Assembly (NCBI RefSeq): GCF_000015145.1
Contig: NC_008818.1
Coordinates: forward strand, 1-32,000
Length of the DNA stretch: 32,000 bases
Direction of reading: 5' to 3'
Source of the DNA: Hyperthermus butylicus DSM 5456
Lineage (GTDB): Archaea > Thermoproteota > Thermoprotei_A > Sulfolobales > Pyrodictiaceae
The notes under the pieces are model-generated. The model made no database searches and had not been told where the DNA came from. It saw only the letters and a list, made by a program, of their open reading frames with translations. The position numbers and the translations under genes are program-made. Positions within the stretch are counted from its first letter, which is position 1; every line of letters starts with the position of its first letter. Shown here piece after piece: positions 25,036 through 32,000 of the stretch.

Positions 25036-25992
25036 ATGCGGCTTGATGAGTTACTCGAGGCGACGGTAAGGCTACTCTACAGCCAAGGCTATAGCGTTGA
25101 AAAAATATCATACCCCGAGAACCCCCAGCGTAGAGGCATAGATGTTGTTGCATCGAAATCTAATGGCGAAGCGTTACTCGTAAAGGTTATTGAGGATGCG
25201 GCGCAGCTGGGTCCGAAGGATGTGCGTGAGCTTAGGCAGTGTAGCCGCCTACTAGAAGCTAGCGGTATTATTGTTGCAGAGAGGAGTAATGGTGTTGAAA
25301 TAGACGATATTGTTGCCATTGAGAAGTCTGGAGTATATGTAGTTAATGTTGATGGTTTAGGAGCTGCACTCCGGAACGAGGTGTATGTTGTACACAGGCA
25401 GGGTAACCTTTACATGAGGGTTAATGGTGAAAAGCTCAGGGAGGAGAGGCTAAGGAGGGGCTACAGTCTAGGCGATCTTGCATCGTTGCTGAACGTTACC
25501 AGGCGTAGCGTCTACCTCTATGAGCAGGAGGAGGTTGATGTGTCACTTTCTACAGCGTTGAAGCTCATGGAGATATTTGGTGACGAGATATTCAAACCGA
25601 TACCCGTCATAGCTCGTGAGCGTGGCCGCGAGCATAGCTATCAGGGACAATTGAAGCCTACAATGCAAGCGCCAAGAACGGCTAGCGGTGAGGCTAGTAG
25701 AGCGATACGTGGTATCATAGAGGCTGGTGGTGAAGCTATCGAGACTAAGCGCATACCGCCAGACATAGTGGCGAGGATTAACGATGACAAGCTACTGATA
25801 CTGATAGAACGTAGGCGTGACAAGAAGTTCGAGAAGAGGGTTTACGAGGCGGTAAAGGTTGCTACAAGGGTTAGTGCCCGCATAATGGCTGTTGTATCCT
25901 CTAGCGAGTATGTTAGTGAAGTTAGGGCTTTCGGCGAGGTGGATGTGTATAGGAACGTTGAGGAGATGCTGCGCGACATAGGTAAGACGTAG
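25036..25992 (+). CDS. Putative HTH-type (cro/C1) transcriptional regulator with N-terminal nuclease-fold-like domain
   Basis: The central cro/C1 HTH is LRRGYSLGDLASLLNVTRRSVYLYEQEE. The overall tripartite layout matches the conserved archaeal family annotated as putative HTH-type transcriptional regulatory protein. Confidence 0.65.
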   Translation: MRLDELLEATVRLLYSQGYSVEKISYPENPQRRGIDVVASKSNGEALLVKVIEDAAQLGPKDVRELRQCSRLLEASGIIVAERSNGVEIDDIVAIEKSGVYVVNVDGLGAALRNEVYVVHRQGNLYMRVNGEKLREERLRRGYSLGDLASLLNVTRRSVYLYEQEEVDVSLSTALKLMEIFGDEIFKPIPVIARERGREHSYQGQLKPTMQAPRTASGEASRAIRGIIEAGGEAIETKRIPPDIVARINDDKLLILIERRRDKKFEKRVYEAVKVATRVSARIMAVVSSSEYVSEVRAFGEVDVYRNVEEMLRDIGKT

Positions 25993-26078
25993 GGTTGGCT
26001 TGAGTCTAAACTACTGGCTTGAGAGCAATACCTATTACTATCCCTACTCTGCCTAGGCAGCCCATTTGGGGCTGATGT

Positions 26079-27407
26079 TTGCCGCTAAAACTCCGAGAGC
26101 GTGTATATATACGTGACCTTCTCGAGAAAGGTGTCATAGGTAACGAGTATACGGTAGCTGGCTGGGTAGACACAGTAAGAGTTCACGGCGGCCTAGTTTT
26201 CGTAGTTGTTAGAGATCGGACCGGCAAGATGCAGCTAGTAGTTAAGCGTAACATATCGCGTGAAGCATGGGAGCATGCCCGTAAACTTGCGCCCGAGAGT
26301 GTGGTAGCGGCACGAGGCAGGCTAGTGGAGAGTAAGGCTGCTCTCGGTGGCCGCGAGTTACAAGTCTACGAACTCGAGGTCCTCAACAAGGCTGACCCCT
26401 TACCGATCGATATCTATGCGCCGGATAAGACAACACTTGCCAAGAGGCTTGACTGGCGCTTCCTAGACCTGCGCAATCCACGCAACCAGCTCATAATGAG
26501 AATTGCGGCTGAGGTAGCTAGGGCCGCCAGGGAGTGGTTCGTCGAGAACGGCTTCATAGAGATCTTCACGCCGAAGATTGTTGGTGCAGCCACTGAGGGA
26601 GGTGCTGAGGTCTTTAGCATAGTCTACTTCGACAAGCCGGCATTTCTAGCACAGTCGCCGCAGCTTTACAAGCAGATGGGTGTTATAGCTGGCCTGGAGA
26701 AGGTGTTTGAGATAGGTCCGGCATTCCGGGCAGAGCCCCACCACACGACTAGACACCTCACAGAGTATACGAGTATAGACCTTGAAATGGGCTTCATAGA
26801 CAGCTATGAAGATGTTATGGATATTGTTGAGGCGGTAATAAGACATGTGATCAGCAGCGTACTTTCGCGCTACCGGAGCGAGATAAAAGAATACTTCCCT
26901 AATGCCATAACTGAGCCCCCCAAGGAGATACCGCGGATAACGATAAGGGAGGCCTACAAGCTCCTAGAGGCAGCTGGTACTCCTGTGGAGTGGGGCGAGG
27001 ACCTATCAAGTGAGGCCGAGAGAAAGCTCGGAGAGATAGTTGAAAGGGAGTATGGCTCCTACCTCGTATTCGTGACAGAATACCCCTGGGCGGTTAGGCC
27101 ATTCTACACGATGCGTAAGAGCGATGAGCCGGATTGGACCTATAGCTTTGACCTCCTCATGAGAGGCCTAGAGATAGCTACTGGTGGCCAGAGGGAACAT
27201 CGCTACGACGTACTAGTGAAACAACTCGAGGAGAAGGGGCTAAACCCAAGAAACTTCGAATGGTACCTGGCAATGTTCCGGTATGGTGCACCACCACACG
27301 GTGGTGCTGGCATAGGCTTAGAACGTGTCGTAATGCAGCTTCTAGGCTTAGGCAACATCCGTGAGGCACGGATGTTGCCAAGGGATCCGGAGAGGCTGGT
27401 GCCATAA
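26079..27407 (+). CDS. aspS: Aspartate--tRNA ligase (archaeal type, class IIb)
   Basis: There is an N-terminal OB fold (GWV...R.HGGLVFVVVRDR.G..Q). Class II motif 2 is FRAEPHHTTRHLTEYTSIDLEM. The motif QREHRYD is present, and motif 3 is GGAGIGLERVVM. The start appears to be TTG. Confidence 0.9.
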   Translation: MPLKLRERVYIRDLLEKGVIGNEYTVAGWVDTVRVHGGLVFVVVRDRTGKMQLVVKRNISREAWEHARKLAPESVVAARGRLVESKAALGGRELQVYELEVLNKADPLPIDIYAPDKTTLAKRLDWRFLDLRNPRNQLIMRIAAEVARAAREWFVENGFIEIFTPKIVGAATEGGAEVFSIVYFDKPAFLAQSPQLYKQMGVIAGLEKVFEIGPAFRAEPHHTTRHLTEYTSIDLEMGFIDSYEDVMDIVEAVIRHVISSVLSRYRSEIKEYFPNAITEPPKEIPRITIREAYKLLEAAGTPVEWGEDLSSEAERKLGEIVEREYGSYLVFVTEYPWAVRPFYTMRKSDEPDWTYSFDLLMRGLEIATGGQREHRYDVLVKQLEEKGLNPRNFEWYLAMFRYGAPPHGGAGIGLERVVMQLLGLGNIREARMLPRDPERLVP

Positions 27408-27533
27408 CCAAGGAGGGCCCTTTTGATATTTAGGAGTTTGGAAATTGTGTATCAGCCCCCAGCGCCTCTTCATCCATCCCATGGGGTGTCTGCGTCGTCT
27501 AGCATCATCACCGCTATAATACTATGGGACAAA

Positions 27534-27542
27534 TTATATTTA
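27534..27542 (+). promoter_or_regulatory. TATA-box-like element upstream of the radical-SAM / AhbAB-like operon
   Basis: TTATATTTA lies about 40 nt upstream of the ATG at 27581, within the only sizeable intergenic spacer before the tricistron. Confidence 0.35.
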
Positions 27543-27580
27543 GGCTTCACCCAAGTTTCTTTTTCAGGGGTTAAAACTAG

Positions 27581-28828
27581 ATGAAGGTGGGCTCCGAGCA
27601 TAGCGGATACCCGCTACATAGGACGTGGCCCTTTGAGAGGAACCCTCTCCTAGTCTTCTGGGAGACAACGAAGGCTTGTATGTTAGCGTGTAAGCACTGC
27701 AGGGCTTCTGCCATATTGAAGTCGTTGCCCGGTGAGCTAACAACTGAAGAGGCCTACAAGCTCATAGACGATGTAGCTGCGTTTGGGCAGCCCTACCCGA
27801 TACTCGTCCTAACAGGTGGCGATCCCCTATTAAGGAGCGATATATGGGACATTATAGCGTACGCTAAGGGTAAAGGGCTCCGGCTGGCGGTAGCACCAGC
27901 AGTCTCGCCTAATCTTACCGAGGATAAGGTTAAGAAGCTCGCGGAGCTGGGTGTTGATGGTGTAAGCATAAGCCTTGACGGTAGCCGACCCGAGATACAT
28001 GATGGTATAAGGGGTACCAGCGGCGTCTTCGAGAAGACGTTGTGGGCAATCAAGACGTTTCAAGAGTATGGTGTAAGGGTCCAAGTGAATACAGCCGTGA
28101 TGCGAGATAATGTGCACGACCTGGCTGACATAGCTGCACTTCTCTTGAAGCTCGGGGTGAAGGTTTGGGAAGTATTCTACCTAGTCCCTGTCGGCAGAGC
28201 GCAGTTGGAGCTTAACCTCACACCTGAAGAGTGGGAGGATGTAAGCCACTTCCTCTACGAAGCCTCCAAGTATGGGCTTGTAGTAAGGACTTCTGAGGGC
28301 CCAATGTTCCGCAGGGTAGCGATAACGCGTATGCTGCTAGAGCTAGCAGGCAAGAACCCCGACGAGGCGTTAAACACTGGTCCTCTCTACCGCCAGCTGG
28401 TTTCACGGCTCCGCCAGCTCCTTGGAGAACCTCAAGGTAAGCCATTAGCCTCAACTACTGGTACACGCGATGGTAAGGGTGTCATATTTGTATCATACAA
28501 CGGCACCGTGTACCCAAGTGGCTTCATGCCATACCCGCTTGGCAATATACGTGTCAAAAGCCTTGTTGAGATATATCGTGAAAACTTGATACTAAAGAGA
28601 CTCCGTGGCGCTAGATTTGAGGGGAGATGTGGTAGGTGCGAGTTTAGAGAGATATGTGGCGGTAGTAGGGCTAGAGCCTACGCGGTCACTGGTAAACCAT
28701 TCGGCGAGGATCCAGCATGTCCCTATAGGCCTGGCACTTTCTCGGTGATGGTGTCAAAGCTAGGTGTACGTGTTGAAAATGTAGTTAGGGAAATCGAGGG
28801 CTTAAAATACGTCCTGCCACCAGGGTGA
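27581..28828 (+). CDS. Radical SAM/SPASM enzyme, NirJ/AhbC/AhbD family (tetrapyrrole side-chain modification candidate)
   Basis: The CxxxCxxC cluster lies in FWETTKACMLACKHC. TGGDPLL (the GGE-like motif) is present. The C-terminal Cys-rich SPASM-like region is CGRCEFREICGGSRARA....DPACPY. The stop overlaps the next start (GTGA). Confidence 0.75.
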   Translation: MKVGSEHSGYPLHRTWPFERNPLLVFWETTKACMLACKHCRASAILKSLPGELTTEEAYKLIDDVAAFGQPYPILVLTGGDPLLRSDIWDIIAYAKGKGLRLAVAPAVSPNLTEDKVKKLAELGVDGVSISLDGSRPEIHDGIRGTSGVFEKTLWAIKTFQEYGVRVQVNTAVMRDNVHDLADIAALLLKLGVKVWEVFYLVPVGRAQLELNLTPEEWEDVSHFLYEASKYGLVVRTSEGPMFRRVAITRMLLELAGKNPDEALNTGPLYRQLVSRLRQLLGEPQGKPLASTTGTRDGKGVIFVSYNGTVYPSGFMPYPLGNIRVKSLVEIYRENLILKRLRGARFEGRCGRCEFREICGGSRARAYAVTGKPFGEDPACPYRPGTFSVMVSKLGVRVENVVREIEGLKYVLPPG

Positions 28829-29835
28829 AGGAGTTGATTAGCCCTGCTGACTACGTTACATCCATTGTCGGGTCTAGGCTAGCTGTTGAGGTGCTGATGA
28901 AGCTTCAATACGAGTTCCCTCTAACGCCGACGCCGTACTGTGATGTGGCAAGCTCCCTGGGTATTGAAGTGGATGAGCTGCTCGAAATGCTCAATAAGCT
29001 GCGCTTGTTACATGTGCTAAAGAGAGTTGGCTTTTACTTTAATGTTAGAGCTTCAGGAAAGAATGTGGCGTTGATAGCAATCTCCACCAGCAACCCCGAA
29101 GCAGCCTCCAAGCACCTAATGGAGTTGTTGGAGGTTACTCATAGCTATCTACGCGAGAACGACAAGTTCAACTTGTGGGTTGTTGGCAGACACACCAGTC
29201 GCGATGCCATAGTGGAGGCTGCTCGGGCGACGGCAGAACGTTATGGCGATGGTAGGTGGGCTGTACTGTGGAGTGTTAGAACGTACAGGCTTAGCGTGAA
29301 ATACGATCTCATCAGCGGCACTAGCCGTGCTGGCCCCTACAGCGAGATAGCACAGTCACCGCCAAGTCCTGAAGAACTGGGAGTACCGGGGGAGCTTGCG
29401 GCAGCTCTACGTCGTCTCCCCCTAGCTCAGCATCCATACCGTGCTATAGCAGTAAAGTTCCGACTAGATGAGGAGAGAGTCTTTGATGCTGCTAGAAGAC
29501 TGCTAGCAGCTGGCGTACTAGCTGATCCTGGTGCAGCCCTCGACGGGCATAGGATAGGGTTCAAGTACAATGTAATGGTCACGGTTAAGGCTCGCGAAGA
29601 TAGGTACGACGAGCTATGCCGCGAGATAATGCAGGGTGTTCCAGAGGCAACACACATAGTGCTTCGGAGGGTAGAACCGCCCGGAGCTTGGAGCCACTTA
29701 TGCTACTTCATGGTTCATGCGGTGTCGATGCAGCTCATCGACAAGATTATCGATAGGCTGTATAGGCTAGACCTCGTAGACGATGTTCTTAAGCTTCCAA
29801 GCATACGCGACCTAGCACCCGGCCTTGTAAGGTGA
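28825..29835 (+). CDS. Fused tandem AsnC-like siroheme decarboxylase homologue (AhbA-AhbB / NirDL-like)
   Basis: Two repeats are present, each with LQ.EFPLTPTPY / LPLAQHPY, then a wHTH, then a RAM-like half ending in VTHSY.R / ATHIVLRR. This is the pattern of NirD/L/G/H and AhbA/B proteins. Confidence 0.7.
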   Translation: MKELISPADYVTSIVGSRLAVEVLMKLQYEFPLTPTPYCDVASSLGIEVDELLEMLNKLRLLHVLKRVGFYFNVRASGKNVALIAISTSNPEAASKHLMELLEVTHSYLRENDKFNLWVVGRHTSRDAIVEAARATAERYGDGRWAVLWSVRTYRLSVKYDLISGTSRAGPYSEIAQSPPSPEELGVPGELAAALRRLPLAQHPYRAIAVKFRLDEERVFDAARRLLAAGVLADPGAALDGHRIGFKYNVMVTVKAREDRYDELCREIMQGVPEATHIVLRRVEPPGAWSHLCYFMVHAVSMQLIDKIIDRLYRLDLVDDVLKLPSIRDLAPGLVR

Positions 29836-31034
29836 GGGTGAACGGAATGATACCCGTCACAGTGCTCGTAGGAGGTAAAGCCGCGGTTTCACGCAGGATT
29901 AAGGGAGACTATAGCGTCTCAAAACCCCCGAGGTTCTCGGAGCTACTCAGGCCAATAGTCTTCTGGAACATCACCTACCAGTGCAACCTACAGTGTGTAC
30001 ATTGCTACATAAAAGCACTAGCTAAGCGCAATCCCAACGAGCTAACTACTGAAGAGGCTAAGCGTGTAGCGGAGGAGATAGTCGAGATTGGTATCCCACT
30101 AGTCGTTTTCAGCGGCGGCGAGCCTCTAGTGAGAAGTGACTTCTGGGAGATAGTAGAACCTATGGCTGGTAAGCAGAGACCGAAACTGTCGTTGAGCACT
30201 AATGGCACATTAATAACGAGGGATGTTGCAGAGAAGCTTGCGTCATACCAGTTCAAGTATGTGGGTATATCTATTGATAGCATAAAGCCGGAGTGGCATG
30301 ACAGGTTTAGGGGAGTACCCGGCGCATTTGAAGCTGCGGTACGTGGCATAAAATATGTTATGGAGCTAGGTATAGATGTTGGCGTGCGCACCACGCTTAC
30401 CAAGTACAATATTGAGGAGGTACCAGCAATACTCAAGTGGGCCTACGATCTCGGCATAAAACGTGTAAGCCTCTACGTCCTAGATACCGTGGGTCGAGGA
30501 GCAGGTATTGCAGACTGGCTTCCCACCCATGAGCAGCTCCGCAAATTCGCAGATACAATAATAGATGAAGCACGCAAGTACTCGGGCGAAATGGAGATAT
30601 TAATCGTCAGAGCGCAGTTCCTAGGAATCTACATTGCCGACAAGCTTGCTCGCTCTCCCGAGGACTTCATGAAGTACATATCGCTGCTTGATGCGCAGGG
30701 CAACTGCGGCAGGAAAAGCATAAGCATATACCCGAATGGCGATGTTAAGCCATGCCAGTTCGTAGACTGGGTAACCCTCGGCAACGTTCGGAGACAGACG
30801 CTAAAGGATATACTTAGCCCTGAGAACAAAGAGTTAAAGCCATTCCTAGCCATAGAGAACTACTTACGCGGCCCAAGGTGTGGCAGGTGTCCATTCCGGA
30901 GGATATGCGGGGGTGGCAGTAGGGGCAGGGCACTAGAGCTAACCGGCGACGAGTGGGGAGACGACCCGCTATGCTTCATAGACTTCTCCGCGATAGCTAA
31001 GAAGTGGGGCATAGATCCCAATAAGATCCTCTAG
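29832..31034 (+). CDS. Radical SAM/SPASM enzyme, NirJ/AhbC/AhbD family (second paralogue)
   Basis: The cluster-binding segment is FWNITYQCNLQCVHC. FSGGEPL is present. The C-terminal region is CGRCPFRRICGGGSRGRA....DPLC. The start could be GTG 29832, overlapping the previous stop, or ATG 29847. Confidence 0.75.
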   Translation: MRVNGMIPVTVLVGGKAAVSRRIKGDYSVSKPPRFSELLRPIVFWNITYQCNLQCVHCYIKALAKRNPNELTTEEAKRVAEEIVEIGIPLVVFSGGEPLVRSDFWEIVEPMAGKQRPKLSLSTNGTLITRDVAEKLASYQFKYVGISIDSIKPEWHDRFRGVPGAFEAAVRGIKYVMELGIDVGVRTTLTKYNIEEVPAILKWAYDLGIKRVSLYVLDTVGRGAGIADWLPTHEQLRKFADTIIDEARKYSGEMEILIVRAQFLGIYIADKLARSPEDFMKYISLLDAQGNCGRKSISIYPNGDVKPCQFVDWVTLGNVRRQTLKDILSPENKELKPFLAIENYLRGPRCGRCPFRRICGGGSRGRALELTGDEWGDDPLCFIDFSAIAKKWGIDPNKIL

Positions 31035-31798
31035 TGCTCTCTGCAAGGCCTACTAACACCCTTCCTTTTAGCCAGTTCAACAAGTATCGGTATCTCCTTC
31101 AGCTTCTCGCAAGGTAAGAGCTCCCAAATCACACCCGGCGGCCTTGGCCCCCGTTCAGCTACTCTTATGAGTCTCGTTGGCGTAGCGATGAAGTCCACGG
31201 TGAGATCGTAGGGCTCTCTAGGTATATGGTCGACGATTTGTAGATCGTGGACGGTGGTAGCTATAGGTGTATCCTCGTCTACGAGGCCTAGCTCCCTCAT
31301 GATAGCGTACTCTAGCTCTGCATAGCCTTCGCCCTTGCCAACCCTATGCCCATACCTATCAACGGCAACAGAGCCTGTAACTATGAAGTCTATGCCGCCA
31401 AGACTCCTTAACTCATCAATTCCTATGACACGGCCTAGCTGGAAGGCACCACGTATTGTCGAGGCTTTCTCATAGAGGTAGCTGGGTATCCTCTTCGGGT
31501 CAAGAAGTATGAAGCCCTCATGCAGCCTAGGTGTCGCCATAACGAGTAGCTTGCCTTGTCTAAGTGTTGCTAGACGTACCCATCGCTGGGGAGAGTCAGG
31601 GTTGGCTTTCACAATCCTCGCTCTACGCCACTCTCCTAGATCGAATAGCTTAGCAGCGGCCGCTTCTGCACCTCTAAAGTTTGGAATCCTACCCCAGGGC
31701 GGCGGGAACGTAGCAACTCCCCGCTCGGAGAGGAGGCGCCAAATATGCTCCCTCAGCCTCTTCTTATACTCCTTCACATCAATGTGCCCATTGTTCAC
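31031..31798 (-). CDS. 5-formyltetrahydrofolate cyclo-ligase family protein
   Basis: Motifs typical of the MTHFS/COG0212 fold are present: PNF.GAE.AA, D.IVTGSVAVDRYGHRVGKGEGYAELEYA and D..VD.I.TP. The GTG start overlaps the stop of the upstream ORF (GTGA). Confidence 0.75.
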   Translation of the reverse strand: MNNGHIDVKEYKKRLREHIWRLLSERGVATFPPPWGRIPNFRGAEAAAAKLFDLGEWRRARIVKANPDSPQRWVRLATLRQGKLLVMATPRLHEGFILLDPKRIPSYLYEKASTIRGAFQLGRVIGIDELRSLGGIDFIVTGSVAVDRYGHRVGKGEGYAELEYAIMRELGLVDEDTPIATTVHDLQIVDHIPREPYDLTVDFIATPTRLIRVAERGPRPPGVIWELLPCEKLKEIPILVELAKRKGVSRPCREH

Positions 31799-32000
31799 CG
31801 CGGCGCACCCACCCCCTCAAGTAGCTTCTCCAGCCTAGTAGCAGTTGACTCAAAGCTCTCCAGGAGGGCTGCAACTCTAAGCCTCAACAATAGTATGGAG
31901 GCTGTAAGCCTAACGTAACGATAACCCCGCCTTGCCAAAGGCGAGAGTCGCCGGAGAAACTCAACTACACGCACAACGTCGCTTAGCGGTTTTGATAGGT
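31795..32000 (-). CDS. 3' end of an unidentified ORF running in from beyond the window
   Basis: The minus-strand frame is open from the window edge and encodes ...VVRVVEFLRRLSPLARRGYRYVRLTASILLLRLRVAALLESFESTATRLEKLLEGVGAPR*. It ends in a TGA that overlaps the GTG start of the next gene. Its function is not recognisable. Confidence 0.3.
   Translation of the reverse strand, partial: LSKPLSDVVRVVEFLRRLSPLARRGYRYVRLTASILLLRLRVAALLESFESTATRLEKLLEGVGAPR

Noticed and set aside
30005-30436. A 143-aa minus-strand ORF, and similar antisense ORFs at 27793..28117 and 29427..29657
   Set aside because: All are antisense to the well-supported radical SAM and AhbAB-like genes and have Ser-rich low-complexity translations.

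Overview
This window looks like core chromosome of a hyperthermophilic crenarchaeote. Gene content suggests a Desulfurococcales/Pyrodictiaceae-like organism, but the species cannot be named from the sequence alone. Genes are densely packed on both strands, and many start/stop codons overlap. Recognisable content falls into these groups. (1) A stable-RNA cluster holds tRNA-Ala(CGC), tRNA-His(GUG) and RNase P RNA; tRNA-Leu(GAG) lies about 5 kb further on. (2) Information-processing genes: Elf1-like factor, TiaS, Tsr3, CCA-adding enzyme, PCNA, Taw3, Nop5-fibrillarin and AspRS. (3) Four archaeal ether-lipid genes: GGGP synthase, a GGR-polyprenyl synthase operon and a UbiA-type DGGGP synthase. (4) An MTA phosphorylase / SIS / RimK-type operon. 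(5) A tightly coupled tricistron of radical SAM, fused AhbA/B-like decarboxylase and radical SAM, which looks like siroheme-dependent heme or heme-d1-type tetrapyrrole maturation. I found no CRISPR array, transposase, integrase or recognisable defence or toxin-antitoxin module, so this is an ordinary housekeeping region rather than an accessory island. The observations most worth a second look are listed here. (a) A roughly 530-bp AT-rich gene-free gap carries three ORB-like boxes and is a candidate replication origin. (b) Unexplained GC-rich, strongly self-complementary islands at about 686-778 and 2510-2780 are likely unannotated structured RNAs. (c) A two-domain SIS gene inside an operon is broken by two +1 frame changes. 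(d) An uncharacterised Cys-rich 244-aa ORF is translationally coupled to taw3. All functional calls rest on my recognition of motifs in the supplied translations; no database search was run.
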